Counted from the stretch's first letter, positions 1-10,210 are shown. The stretch: 28,827 nt of DNA from an uncultured Candidatus Saccharibacteria bacterium (GCA_964453515.1 CAYVOS010000001.1:1-28827); one strand, 5' to 3'. Numbers and translations: made by a program. The notes: generated by a model not told the origin, from the sequence alone.

Positions 1-10
1 AAGGGGGACT

Positions 11-461
11 ATGAATCAAGAGACTAGCCCCACCACGCAAGAATGACCATTTGACGTAGAAGAACAGACCTTTGGTCTGGCATACAGTAGAGCTCATTTT
101 GACGAAGTACCGGTAGGACTGTTGTACCGTCGTGAAACTCAGATGGTCGTTACGCTCAGGTTTTCCCTGGACGCCAAAGAACCAACGGATTGGACCTTTT
201 CGCGTCGATCACTTGTGTGGGGATACTTTGAAACAAGTGGTGGAGCCGAAGTCCAAGTGGATCCCTGGGAAGACAATATCCTGCTTATTAAGCTAAATCT
301 CCAAAAAGCTGCTAAAACACGAATCGTTTTCCCGCTAGAAAGTGTTCAAACCTTTTTTAGATCATTCGTATAAAACTGTTCCAACAAGAGATGAAGCAGA
401 TCTTGTAGCGGGCGCCCTCGACGACTGGCGCGAAGATCATATGGCAGTCATACCGGCTTAA
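11..461 (+). pseudogene. SsgA-like (SALP) cell-division regulator gene with one nonsense codon and one +1 frameshift
   Basis: ATG at 11 follows AAGGGGG and is in frame with track ORF 122..373, but TGA falls at 44-46. The translation VPVGLLY..VVTLRF..PTDWTFSRRSL..G..SGGAEVQVDP matches the SsgA-family pattern I recall. Removing one T from the T6 run at 353-358 gives FLDHSYKTVPTRDE, the typical SALP C-terminal segment, and ends at TAA 459-461, overlapping the lepA stop in TTAA. Reconstructed length is 149 aa. Confidence 0.75.
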
Positions 462-2236
462 GCCCGTTTGAGCATCACTGTAAACGCTTCGGCAGGAATG
501 TCTATTTTGCCGAAATGCTTCATACGGGCCTTGCCACGTTTCTGTTTAGCGAGTAGCTTCTTTTTCCGTGAGACATCGCCACCATACAAATAGCCGGTGA
601 CATCTTTTCGGTACGCGGACAGGTCCTCACGGGCAATAAATTTGCCACCAATCGCCGCCTGCAAAGCGACTTGGAAGTTCTGTCGCGGTATGACCTCTTT
701 AAGTTTTTCAACAGTTGTTCGCCCTAAGCTCATAGATTCTGAACGGTGTACCATAATACTTAAGACGTCAACCTTCTCTCCAGCTACGTAAAAATCTAAG
801 CGAACTAAATCTTCAGTCCGGTAGTCCGCTAGCTCATAGTTAAACGAGCCGTAACCGCTCGTGAGACTTTTTAACTGGTCGTAAAAATCCGTGAGTAAGT
901 TTGCCAGCGGCGCCTCAAAGGTTACTACCGCCCGGGTGTCGACGTAACTTAAATTCTTATGCACGCCGCGTTTGCCCGCAATTAATTGAATGATCGCACC
1001 AACGTAATCTTGCGGCGCAACAATTTCACCCTTAATCCATGGCTCACGAATTTCAGCTATCTTGGAAGGATCGGGCAAATCCGAGGCACTCTTAATGTCC
1101 AGTTCATCCCCGTTATTCATCACCACATGGTAATCGGTAGACGGGTTCGTAACGATCAACTCCAGGTTGTATTCCCGTTCCAAACGTTCACGAACGATAT
1201 CCATGTGGAGTAACCCTAAAAAGCCGATACGTACACCGGATCCAAGTACAGGTGAATTCTCCGGCTCAAACTGCAGGGCCGAATCGCTGAGTGACAGTTT
1301 CTCGATTGCCTCTTTCAGTTCTTGGTAAAATTCGTTACTCTCCGGAAAAAAGCCGGCATACACGAATGGTTTGACGTCCTGGTAACCGGGCAACGCCACC
1401 GACGCAGGTTGTTTAGCTAATGTCACAGTATCGCCGACCCGGGCTTCTCGAGTACTCTTCAAGTTCGTAACGATGTAACCAATTTCACCTGTCCCCAGAA
1501 CGGAATTCGGCGACATGTCAGGCTTGAGGCTACCAACTTCCAGGGCGATACCTTTTGCGCTGCTTGCTATCATCTGGATGTTATCGTTCTTGCCAATCTT
1601 GCCGTCAACTGTTCGAATGTAGAGAATAACGCCCCGATAATCGTCATAGTAGCTGTCGAAAATAAGCGCTCTCGTCGGCGCGTCGTGTTTCCCTGCAGGC
1701 GATGGAACGTCGCGCACGATGCGTTCCAGAACCTGATCGACGCCCTGCCCGGTCTTTGCGGAAATATGCAGGATATCTTCCGGCTTGCAGCCCAACAAGC
1801 TGACAACTTCTGCGCTGACTTTTTCAACATCAGCTGCCGGTAGGTCAATCTTGTTTAACACCGGAATAATTGTCAGATCGGCAGCAATGGCCGAGTACAC
1901 ATTCGCAAGCGTTTGCGCTTGCAATCCCTGCGTCGCATCGACAACCAGAATGGCGCCCTCGCAGGCTTCAAGACTCCGGGATACCTCATAGCTAAAATCG
2001 ACATGTCCGGGCGTATCAATTAAGTTGAGCTCATAGTCTTTGTACGCCATACGCACCGGCTGCAGCTTGATGGTGATGCCGCGCTCGCGCTCCAAATCCA
2101 TGCGATCGAGCAACTGCTCGCGCATATCACGTTTCTCAACGGTCCCAGTGAGTTCAAGCAGGCGATCGGCAAGCGTTGACTTGCCATGATCAATGTGCGC
2201 AATAATACAAAAATTTCTAATACGATCTTCGGCCAT
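458..2236 (-). CDS. lepA: Translation elongation factor 4 (LepA)
   Basis: AHIDHGKSTLADR, DTPGH and NKID GTPase motifs; RERGITIK; LepA C-terminal RKDV..GGDVSRKKKLL.KQKRGK.RMK; 592 aa. Confidence 0.98.
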   Translation of the reverse strand: MAEDRIRNFCIIAHIDHGKSTLADRLLELTGTVEKRDMREQLLDRMDLERERGITIKLQPVRMAYKDYELNLIDTPGHVDFSYEVSRSLEACEGAILVVDATQGLQAQTLANVYSAIAADLTIIPVLNKIDLPAADVEKVSAEVVSLLGCKPEDILHISAKTGQGVDQVLERIVRDVPSPAGKHDAPTRALIFDSYYDDYRGVILYIRTVDGKIGKNDNIQMIASSAKGIALEVGSLKPDMSPNSVLGTGEIGYIVTNLKSTREARVGDTVTLAKQPASVALPGYQDVKPFVYAGFFPESNEFYQELKEAIEKLSLSDSALQFEPENSPVLGSGVRIGFLGLLHMDIVRERLEREYNLELIVTNPSTDYHVVMNNGDELDIKSASDLPDPSKIAEIREPWIKGEIVAPQDYVGAIIQLIAGKRGVHKNLSYVDTRAVVTFEAPLANLLTDFYDQLKSLTSGYGSFNYELADYRTEDLVRLDFYVAGEKVDVLSIMVHRSESMSLGRTTVEKLKEVIPRQNFQVALQAAIGGKFIAREDLSAYRKDVTGYLYGGDVSRKKKLLAKQKRGKARMKHFGKIDIPAEAFTVMLKRA

Positions 2237-2280
2237 TTACTCCAGATTATATCAGAGGTGACCCCAAGAAGCTATTAGCC

Positions 2281-3885
2281 CTAATACTGAATGCTTATCG
2301 GCTTCAAAACGAGTTGTTTAACGCGCTTGAACAACGGCTCAACTTCCTCCAGGCCAAAGAGCGCCGAGACGCCCACATGCACACCGCCTACAATCAAGGC
2401 AATGAGAAGTAGCTTTGTCCCCAACGTCGTAATACCGCGGTCGTTAATGCCGAGCGGGAATAAAGAGGCAACGGTTGAGCCAGCAACGACGGTAAAGCCG
2501 GTAACTGAAATAATCCTACCGAGTCCACCAAAGAATGTCATGTCGAGCAACTTATGGTCACGGTAGATCATGATCGCAAACAAAATAAATACCTCAACCA
2601 TCGACACGATCGACTGCGCGAGCGCCAGTCCAACTACCCCATACTCTGTGGGGCGCGATAGACTGATGGCGAGGAAAACATTAAGACCAATGGTAAAAAT
2701 CGAGACAAAGAGCGGTGTTTTGGTATCTTTTTGGGCATAGTACCAACGTGAAACAATAGTGTAAATGGTGCGGAAAAGGATCGAGACCGTCAAGAATCCG
2801 AAGATGACAGCAATTTCTGGTTCGTTGCTACCAAAGATAATGCGCGCTAGGTAGCCACGGGCGAAGTAAGATACTACTACGATCGGCATTGTAATCCATA
2901 TCATGGCCCGCAAGATGCGTAAAAAATCACGGCGGAAGAGGTCTGGGCGCCCCTGGCTTAACCGCTGGTTCAACCGCGGAAATGCTGCGGTTGAAATTGC
3001 CGTCCCAATCAAGAGAATCGGGGCAGTTTGCATGGTATAGGCATAGTTATAAAAGCTAATAAAGCTCTGACCCAAATGACTCGCGATATTCGTCTCAACG
3101 ATGTTCTCGATTTGATCAATGCCCTGGTCAAGCGAACGTGGCGGTAGGTTGTATAAAATAGAGCGGAAATCCTTAGATCGCCACGTAATCTTCGGGTGCC
3201 AATGGAATTTGGTGCCATAGAGACCTATGGCAACGACCGCTAGTTGCAGGACGCCGCCAGCAAGTGCCCCGATACCCAGCCCTACTAGCCCGATGTTGTG
3301 CCGGAAGATGAGAATACTTGCAATAATTGACGCATTATAAAAAAACGGTGCAATGGCGTAAAAGAAAAAACGGCCCATTGTTTGTTGCGTCGCCGTCAGT
3401 ACGCCGGAAAGTGTAAATAACAGTGGGTTGAGCGCAATGAGACGCATGATAACAACCGCGTTATGCAGCTGTGCTGGCGTGAGGTGCGGCGCAACCACGT
3501 AGTGGACGAGGGGTTCGGCAAATACAAAAATAATTACCGCGACAGCACTCATGACGATGGCCAGCAGGTTCATCAGGCTCGCGGAAAGTTCCCACATACC
3601 TTTGCGGTCACCTTTTTGCAAACGATCAGTTAAGACAGGCATGAATGCTACCCCCAGTGCACCGGCAGCGAGCGTAAAGAAGAAGAAATCCGGAATGTTA
3701 AAGGCAGCGAAGTAAGCATCAGTACTCTGTGGTCCAGTACTCGGAAAGTTAGCACTAACCATTTTGGTGCGCAGAAAACCAAGTACTTGACCAAGCAATG
3801 ATGAACCAATCAACAAGGTTGCAACAGCGCTGAACGGTACTCGCTTGGGACGTTTCAACTTCTTAGTATTCGCAATAGAATTCAT
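2281..3885 (-). CDS. murJ: Lipid II flippase MurJ (MviN)
   Basis: 534 aa with many hydrophobic helices; MviN-type segments SQVLG-like GQVLGFLR, DAYFAAFNIPDFF, and YYAQKDTKTP. Confidence 0.9.
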   Translation of the reverse strand: MNSIANTKKLKRPKRVPFSAVATLLIGSSLLGQVLGFLRTKMVSANFPSTGPQSTDAYFAAFNIPDFFFFTLAAGALGVAFMPVLTDRLQKGDRKGMWELSASLMNLLAIVMSAVAVIIFVFAEPLVHYVVAPHLTPAQLHNAVVIMRLIALNPLLFTLSGVLTATQQTMGRFFFYAIAPFFYNASIIASILIFRHNIGLVGLGIGALAGGVLQLAVVAIGLYGTKFHWHPKITWRSKDFRSILYNLPPRSLDQGIDQIENIVETNIASHLGQSFISFYNYAYTMQTAPILLIGTAISTAAFPRLNQRLSQGRPDLFRRDFLRILRAMIWITMPIVVVSYFARGYLARIIFGSNEPEIAVIFGFLTVSILFRTIYTIVSRWYYAQKDTKTPLFVSIFTIGLNVFLAISLSRPTEYGVVGLALAQSIVSMVEVFILFAIMIYRDHKLLDMTFFGGLGRIISVTGFTVVAGSTVASLFPLGINDRGITTLGTKLLLIALIVGGVHVGVSALFGLEEVEPLFKRVKQLVLKPISIQY

Positions 3886-3937
3886 TAGTCATTTCCAGTA
3901 TAAAGCAGCCACCAGCCTACGAAAAGATAGATAATTG

Positions 3938-6691
3938 CTACTTCAGGTGCACGACACCCGCATCTTCAAATTCCTGAGGCTGAGTGGACGGCGTGTTAGT
4001 TTTTAGTGCCGGTTTAGCTGGCGTTTCCGCACGTTTCGGCTCAGCTTTAGACTTTGGCGTCGATGGCTCCGATTGCATTGCAATAGTTTCAGGTTGCATG
4101 CCAGCGGCGCCCTTACGCTTACGGCGGCGTTTCCGTTTTGGCTTTTCGACCGAGGGCTCAGCCGACTTAACGACGGCTTCTGTCGTTGAAGCAGAGATAG
4201 CACCATGACTAATGACCCGCTCTATAGCCGCATGCGCTAGCGATGATATGTTCGGCAAACGCTTTGGATGTGGCACAGGGTCAGCTGGCGACGTGGGCCC
4301 AGTTGGAGTCTCAACTTTTTCCGGTAAGGTAGCTGGTTGTGATAAGGCAGGCTTCGCCCGTTTAACTTCTTCTGGCGGTTGGTATTGAGCAGCGGGTTTG
4401 CCAATATCCAGGTAGCGTTCATCGACGTAATGTTCAACAACTTCCCGGCTTGATGCGTACAACGCACGACTATGCTCAACGATATAGTTACTTTCATCGC
4501 CTTCTTGCGTGGGCAGATTCAAAGAGATTGCGGAAAAAGCCGGAACTTTTTCACCTTCGATAGTCATGCTGATAATAAAGTGGCGGTTGTGCATATGGAT
4601 CAAGTCATGTTCTTCAAAGCGCGGTTCCACGTATTTGAGCATCGTGCGAGCATCATCGGCACTCGTACGGAACGCGATGATCGAACCGACGTTACCAAAA
4701 ACGGCGTCTTTCACCTCAAGCGGCATCTGGGCTATATACTGGTTCGCAACCGTTAGATTCAGTCCATACTTCCGGGCCTCGGACAGAATAGTCGCAAACG
4801 AATCGGTCGCAAAGTTTTGGAACTCGTCGACGTACAGATAAAACGGTTCGCGCGCACCAGCGGAGATATCCGCCCGGCTCATGGCCGCGAGCTGGATCTT
4901 AGTAACGAGCAATGCGCCGAGCAGACTTGCGTTGTCTTCGCCGACAAGGCCGCGTGACAGATTTACGATGAGAATCTTCCGCTCATCCATAATTTGGCGG
5001 ACATTAAAGCTGCTCTTCGGTTGCCCGATAATATTTCGCACAAGCGGATTGGCGGTAAACGCGCCTACCTTGTTAAGCACCGGCGCGACGGCTTCCGCTG
5101 CAAACTTATCGTTCCAGCTGGCAAATTCAACGGTCCAGAAATTTCGCACGACTGGATCTTGGACGTACTTCAGTACTTCCTGGCGAAACTTCTTTTCAGT
5201 CAGCAACCGGGTAATGTCAAGCATGGTCGCTTCTGGATAATCGAGCAGCGCCAGCAAGGAGTATCGAAGAATATACTCCAACCGGGGTCCCCAGCTCTCA
5301 AACATTCGCTTCAATACCCCGATCAGCTCCGAGCACGTGTGGGTTTTGAGTTTAGGATCGTTCACTTCCATGGGATTGAACGACATGGGAAAATCGGTGT
5401 CCGCCGGGTTGAAGTAAATAACGTCCTCAGCCCGCTGCGAGGGTATACGCTTTAGAATATTCAGTGCGTAATCACCGTGCGGATCAACAACCGCAAAGCC
5501 GTACGGGCTATATATATCCGAGATAGTCATAAGCTCCAACAAACCGGATTTACCAACCCCGGTTTGTCCAATGATATACATATGTCTACCACGATCCAGA
5601 CGTGGTAATCCGAACATGGCGTTATGACCCCGGAAATTCGTCGTTCCGATTGGACTTAAATCTTCACGGTATTCATTCGTGACAATGGGCAGATTAGCCG
5701 GCGGTTCGCCCGTTTGCGAACTAGCCCAGAGAATATATGGGGTCTCTACGGTGGTGTGAGGCAGATGGTAGAGCGTCGCAACTTCTTCAATGTTCAAGAT
5801 GTAACCCGAGTGATTGAAGGCACGCGAGCGATAATGAGCTACCAAAAACTGATCTTCAATGATTCGCTTGGTTCCAAACCCATTGAGGTAAGTAGTGTTG
5901 AACTGTTTATAGCTCGCAATGATCGATTGCATACGCAATTTTGCAACCTGCACATTCGCATTCCCCTTATATACCACCCGAACCTGGCACTCAAATGCCA
6001 ACTTCTGACTTTTCTCTTCAGCTCCGGAGGCCCGCAATTGTTCGTATTCGGCAAGCTTGGCCGGCGCATTAGTCGTTTCCGGTGGTGCCCAGAGCAGCTT
6101 CACTAATCCCGAAGCAGTCGTTTTCGAGCCGCCCTTCAGACCTGCCAGATACTTCTCGCTTTTTTGGTGCCAATGCTGAGTGGCTGGTTTAATGAGCATC
6201 TGCACCCAAGCCTCCTCGTCATCTTCGAACATTGCGAGCGTGGCCGTAATTGCAGCCAAGGGGTCAACCTCAAAACTCTGGAATGTTTTGATCGGCAGTA
6301 CGTCACTATGAATTAGTTTCAGCTCCGCGATCAAGGTGGTATCAAAGTGCTGGGCAGCGTTCATCGTGTAATCCGGTACCTCGGAAATCTGGACGCTCGG
6401 ATATTGGGCGTAGATCTGTTCCTCAACGAAACTTGTCAGATATTTCGGCACCCAAACGTAAAAACCGATACGTTTCTTAATTACCGCAATTTCAAAACTC
6501 AAACGCTCCCGTTTGAATGCCGGTTTGAACAAGCCGGCATTCGGTTCAGGCATCGTTAAAAGTCCCTGCAGGCTGGCGAACATCTGCTCGGCAGCGAGCT
6601 CCTTTTTGTCATTGGTGCGCGGAACTTGCAAGAGCAGAACCACGCCTTCGTCAGAAGAGTCCGATTCGTTATCTAACGATTTTCTTGCCAT
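3938..6691 (-). CDS. VirD4/TraG-like (type IV coupling protein/HerA-FtsK class) P-loop ATPase with an N-terminal extra domain and a low-complexity C-terminal tail
   Basis: Walker A GQTGVGKS, VDPHGD, Walker B LYVDEFQNF, SEARKY..L.VANQY and FGNVGSIIAFR. No evident N-terminal TM helix. Pro/Lys/Glu-rich tail. Confidence 0.85.
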   Translation of the reverse strand: MARKSLDNESDSSDEGVVLLLQVPRTNDKKELAAEQMFASLQGLLTMPEPNAGLFKPAFKRERLSFEIAVIKKRIGFYVWVPKYLTSFVEEQIYAQYPSVQISEVPDYTMNAAQHFDTTLIAELKLIHSDVLPIKTFQSFEVDPLAAITATLAMFEDDEEAWVQMLIKPATQHWHQKSEKYLAGLKGGSKTTASGLVKLLWAPPETTNAPAKLAEYEQLRASGAEEKSQKLAFECQVRVVYKGNANVQVAKLRMQSIIASYKQFNTTYLNGFGTKRIIEDQFLVAHYRSRAFNHSGYILNIEEVATLYHLPHTTVETPYILWASSQTGEPPANLPIVTNEYREDLSPIGTTNFRGHNAMFGLPRLDRGRHMYIIGQTGVGKSGLLELMTISDIYSPYGFAVVDPHGDYALNILKRIPSQRAEDVIYFNPADTDFPMSFNPMEVNDPKLKTHTCSELIGVLKRMFESWGPRLEYILRYSLLALLDYPEATMLDITRLLTEKKFRQEVLKYVQDPVVRNFWTVEFASWNDKFAAEAVAPVLNKVGAFTANPLVRNIIGQPKSSFNVRQIMDERKILIVNLSRGLVGEDNASLLGALLVTKIQLAAMSRADISAGAREPFYLYVDEFQNFATDSFATILSEARKYGLNLTVANQYIAQMPLEVKDAVFGNVGSIIAFRTSADDARTMLKYVEPRFEEHDLIHMHNRHFIISMTIEGEKVPAFSAISLNLPTQEGDESNYIVEHSRALYASSREVVEHYVDERYLDIGKPAAQYQPPEEVKRAKPALSQPATLPEKVETPTGPTSPADPVPHPKRLPNISSLAHAAIERVISHGAISASTTEAVVKSAEPSVEKPKRKRRRKRKGAAGMQPETIAMQSEPSTPKSKAEPKRAETPAKPALKTNTPSTQPQEFEDAGVVHLK

Positions 6692-6719
6692 ATGTAAAGC
6701 GTGCCTACCCTGAAGAATT

Positions 6720-6752
6720 GATGAGAATAAATTACTATTCTATTCTCTCATC
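6720..6752 (-). terminator. Imperfect hairpin downstream of ftsH, possible terminator
   Basis: GATGAGAATA(6720-6729) and TATTCTCTCATC(6741-6752) form an inverted repeat with a 2-nt bulge; the U-tract is weak. Confidence 0.3.
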
Positions 6753-6772
6753 TTTCGCTTTTGAAATACAGA

Positions 6773-8644
6773 TTAGTATAGCGAAGCTACTTTTGGCAAA
6801 GACGAACCGTCAAAGAGTTTCTTTACCTCTTCCGCGTCCACGGTTTCTTTTTCAAGCAAACGATCTTTAAGTGCTTCAATTTTAGGAAGATTCGCCTTAA
6901 TGACATGCCGAGCTCGGTTGGCGGCTTCGGTAATCAGGTTTTCAACTTCATCATCGATCACCTTAGCAGTCTCATCCGAATATTCACGCTCGTGCACCAG
7001 ACGTTCCATCATGATACCTTCATCCATTTTGAAGACTTGGTCACGCAGCTTCTGGCCCATACCTTGGTTGACCACCATGTCCCGTGCGAGAGCCGCAGCC
7101 TGCTGAAGGTCGCTGCCAGCACCGGTCGTAACATGGTCCTTGCCATAGACTACTTCTTCAGCAATACGTCCTCCCAATGCCCGGGCAAGCATATCCTTAA
7201 ACTGGACGATTGAGGTGTACGTACGGTCTTCCGGTGGGATGAACCACGTAACACCGCCAGTACCGCCACGGGGGATAATGGTCACTTTGTGCACCAGGTC
7301 ACTGTCAGGTAAGACATGCCCGACAATCGCATGGCCCGCTTCATGATACGCGCTCAGTTCCTTCTCTTTATCGTTCATAACCTTACTCTTGCGCTCCGGC
7401 CCGATTGCAACACGCTCAAAGGCTTCAGTAACGTCAGCGTTGGAAATTTCCTGGTGATTATTGCGTGCCGCGATAATCGCCGACTCGTTTGCGATATTTG
7501 CGAGATCAGCGCCAGACGAACCAGCTGACTTAGCAGCCAGCGAATCAAGATCTACATCCTTAGCAACCGGTTTCTTTTCGAAGTGTACTTTCAGAATCGC
7601 CTCACGATCTTTACGGTCTGGCAAGCCGATATTCACCCGCCGGTCGAAACGGCCTGGGCGAAGTAATGCCGGATCAAGAACATCGGCACGGTTGGTAGCT
7701 GCAAGTACAATCACGTTCTGCCCCTGCTCAAAGCCATCCATTTCAACCAAAATCTGGTTTAAGGTCTGTTCACGTTCGTCATGACCACCGCCCATACCGC
7801 TTCCGCGTCGACGGCCTACGGCGTCAATTTCATCAATGAAGATAATGCATGGAGCGTTCTTCTTCGCTTTCGCGAATAGATCACGAACTCGTGAAGCACC
7901 GACTCCGACGAACATCTCAACGAATTCTGAACCTGAAATGCTGAAGAACGGAACATTAGCTTCACCGGCAACGGCACGCGCTAACATAGTCTTACCAGTC
8001 CCCGGAGGCCCGACCAGCAATACGCCTTTCGGAATGCGGGCACCAACACTTGCGAACTTCTTTGGGAACTTCAGGAATTCAACGACCTCCTGAAGATCCT
8101 GCTTTGCTTCAGCGCTACCGGCAACGTCACCGAAATCTACTTTGTTCTTTTCGTTGCCATACAGGCGGGCCCGGCTCTTACCAAAGCTTAGTGCCTGATT
8201 CCCCTGTCCCTGAGCACTGCGAATCATAAAGATGAACAGCGCGCCAATGATCAGGACAGGTAGGATGTATTCCAGGCCGATTGTCGCTAAGGTCGTACCC
8301 GTACTTGACTGAGACTTGTACTGAATGGTGACTTTCGAGAAATTGAAGCCCACTTGTTTCAGGCCGGTATTTGGGTCGGTGTACGTCTTCAAGGTTGCTG
8401 TATTGTCACCTTTTTTGGTTATGTCCAGCTCATTGCCATTAACCACGATCTTACTGTACGCACCGGCATTAGCTTGTGATATAGCTTGCGTAATCGGAAT
8501 TTCTGTCAGTGAACCTGACTGCCCATAGGCTGTAAAGATAATAAGTACCAACAAAACGATTAACGCGATAAAGCCCGCGCTCCGAAAGCCGCGATTATTT
8601 CTTCCACCCTTTGACTGATTCCCTCTGAACGGTTTCTTATCCAT
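6773..8644 (-). CDS. ftsH: ATP-dependent zinc metalloprotease FtsH
   Basis: Two N-terminal TM segments, Walker A GPPGTGKT, Walker [32 protein letters not shown], Zn motif HEAGH. Confidence 0.98.
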   Translation of the reverse strand: MDKKPFRGNQSKGGRNNRGFRSAGFIALIVLLVLIIFTAYGQSGSLTEIPITQAISQANAGAYSKIVVNGNELDITKKGDNTATLKTYTDPNTGLKQVGFNFSKVTIQYKSQSSTGTTLATIGLEYILPVLIIGALFIFMIRSAQGQGNQALSFGKSRARLYGNEKNKVDFGDVAGSAEAKQDLQEVVEFLKFPKKFASVGARIPKGVLLVGPPGTGKTMLARAVAGEANVPFFSISGSEFVEMFVGVGASRVRDLFAKAKKNAPCIIFIDEIDAVGRRRGSGMGGGHDEREQTLNQILVEMDGFEQGQNVIVLAATNRADVLDPALLRPGRFDRRVNIGLPDRKDREAILKVHFEKKPVAKDVDLDSLAAKSAGSSGADLANIANESAIIAARNNHQEISNADVTEAFERVAIGPERKSKVMNDKEKELSAYHEAGHAIVGHVLPDSDLVHKVTIIPRGGTGGVTWFIPPEDRTYTSIVQFKDMLARALGGRIAEEVVYGKDHVTTGAGSDLQQAAALARDMVVNQGMGQKLRDQVFKMDEGIMMERLVHEREYSDETAKVIDDEVENLITEAANRARHVIKANLPKIEALKDRLLEKETVDAEEVKKLFDGSSLPKVASLY

Positions 8645-8679
8645 ATAAAAATCATTATACAGGCATGAAATAATTTTGC

Positions 8680-9576
8680 CTAGCGCTCACGTAACGTGAG
8701 TGCCAATATATCTTTTTTTACCTGAATGACATGCGTGGCATCAACATCGACACGCTTACCAGGCAGATAGGTTTTAGCAGCTGTCGTAATACGCTCAATT
8801 GTTTTTTTATCAAAAGTACGGATCTCATGAACCCGCAGCCAGGCAGCAATGAGTTCCCTACTAACCTCGTGCGACAGCATTACAAATTCGCGCCGGTTAA
8901 GGGTATCGATTGAAGGTTGCAGCGACAAATGGTTCGCCAGCATCGCATCGATCTCAGCATTAGCGCCCGCCGTCGCAACAATCAGGCGGCGAAGCTGTTC
9001 ACGGGATTCGGCATCGAAGTGCGGCATCAGTTTATGACGTATGTAGTTACGCAAGTAAACCGTACTCTCGTTGGTACGGTCTTCATGCCAGGCTAAACCC
9101 TGGCCTTTTGCGTACGCGATAATGTCCTGCTTTGGAATAGCAATCAACGGTCGTATAAGACCATCAGTATTCTTAAGCGAGCTCAATCCCTTACGTCCGG
9201 TTCCCCGAAGCATATTTAGGATAGCGGTTTCTAACATGTCATCTTCGTGATGGGCTGTCATGATTGCCTTCGCGTCTGCGGCCTTCATTACTCTGCGCAA
9301 AAACTCATAACGCGCCTCTCGGGCCACTGCCTCACTGGCATGTGGGCCCAAATTCCCTTCTTTGTACACAAACGGCAAACCGTAGCGCTTAGCAAGCTCA
9401 TGTACAAACAGCCGGTCATCACCAGACTCCTCACGAATACCATGGTCAAAGTGTGCAACCACTAATTTGAGTTTGGTCAGCTGCTGCAGCAGCGCCAACA
9501 GTACAACAGAGTCCACACCACCACTAACGGCAACTACATAGGTGCCTGGGTCTACCGAGAGTCTTATCTCACGCAT
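8680..9576 (-). CDS. tilS: tRNA(Ile)-lysidine synthase, short form
   Basis: PP-loop SGGVDS, AHFDHGIR, EAVAREARY, TAHHEDDMLET, W.ED.TN..YLRN.IR; 298 aa. Sits 35 nt upstream of ftsH. Confidence 0.93.
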   Translation of the reverse strand: MREIRLSVDPGTYVVAVSGGVDSVVLLALLQQLTKLKLVVAHFDHGIREESGDDRLFVHELAKRYGLPFVYKEGNLGPHASEAVAREARYEFLRRVMKAADAKAIMTAHHEDDMLETAILNMLRGTGRKGLSSLKNTDGLIRPLIAIPKQDIIAYAKGQGLAWHEDRTNESTVYLRNYIRHKLMPHFDAESREQLRRLIVATAGANAEIDAMLANHLSLQPSIDTLNRREFVMLSHEVSRELIAAWLRVHEIRTFDKKTIERITTAAKTYLPGKRVDVDATHVIQVKKDILALTLRER

Positions 9577-9578
9577 AT

Positions 9579-9587
9579 TGCTATAAT
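9579..9587 (+). promoter_or_regulatory. Extended -10 promoter (TG-C-TATAAT) upstream of the Ham1-like remnant
   Basis: TGCTATAAT at 9579-9587, 16 nt before the ATG at 9604. Confidence 0.5.
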
Positions 9588-9603
9588 CTTATCAGTTAGT
9601 AAT

Positions 9604-9810
9604 ATGAAGAGTAATTGCATTGGCGAAGAAATTATCTACGTAACTGGAAATACTGAGAAATTTAATATTGATAATGCTACCTGCCAGGCTCTGGACGTAA
9701 CGCTCGTTCAACGAAAAGCTGACATCGATGAAATTTAGTTCGAAGATAATGAAACTTGAGTCTCAAAACCCCCACATAAGCTGGTAAGCCAGTGACCAAT
9801 CCCCGGACTA
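9604..9810 (+). pseudogene. 5' remnant of a Ham1/RdgB-like non-canonical purine NTP pyrophosphatase
   Basis: MKSNCIGEEIIYVTGNTEKF...LVQRKADIDEI* resembles the Ham1 N-terminus (F.TGN..K ... D.DEIQ). TAG at 9736-9738 sits where Gln is expected. Downstream GKPV and IPGL fragments lie in different frames. Not in the ORF track. Confidence 0.55.
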
Positions 9811-9832
9811 AAGTCTGGGACTCTTCGGCGCT

Positions 9833-10154
9833 AGAGTAGAAAAGAATGCCGCCATTTGCGACCAGCAGACAAAGTGCGTCAAGCGCAGCTTTGCCATTCG
9901 ACAGTCCAGATTGGCCGCCAAAACTTCATGAATATGTCAAAAATGAAGCTGATGGCCGTAAGTAGTACCGTCAGGAAGGCGACGATCTGTGCTACCTGCG
10001 TGCTGCGCCGCTTTGACGAATCAAGCCGAAGTTCGGGTCGATTAAGCTCTAACTTCTTAAGCCTGATGCAAAGAAACCAAATACCGGCACCGTTACGAGC
10101 AACGCAGCCAAACCATCTAAGCCTACATACTTTAAGCTGACAAGCATTGTCAAA
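9833..10154 (-). pseudogene. Remnant of a multi-pass membrane protein gene (possibly DUF5671-like), twice frameshifted
   Basis: Three consecutive frames join into LAALLVTVPVFGF / LCIRLKKLELNRPELRLDSSKRRSTQVAQIVAFLTVLLTAISFIFDIFMKF / GGQSGLSNGKAALDALCLLVANGGILFY, giving three TM-like segments. Shifts fall near 10070-10080 and in the A4 run at 9920-9923. The family name is from recall only. Confidence 0.5.
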
Positions 10155-10210
10155 TAACGCTACGTGATATTGCCCACCCGCTTTCATGGGCTAGTCACCA
10201 CTAAAATCAG

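Noticed and set aside
44-46. TGA recoding (genetic code 25 or 4) to explain the in-frame TGA
   Set aside because: TGA acts as a true stop for delta (15436-15438) and gamma (17898-17900), each overlapping the next start, and long genes contain no in-frame TGA.
122-373. Track ORF of 83 aa as an intact gene
   Set aside because: It is the middle part of the disrupted SsgA-like gene 11..461; the SD and homology extend on both sides.
9879-10187. Track ORF of 102 aa as an intact gene
   Set aside because: Only its central part looks protein-like, and the flanking TM segments lie in other frames, so it was treated as a pseudogene.
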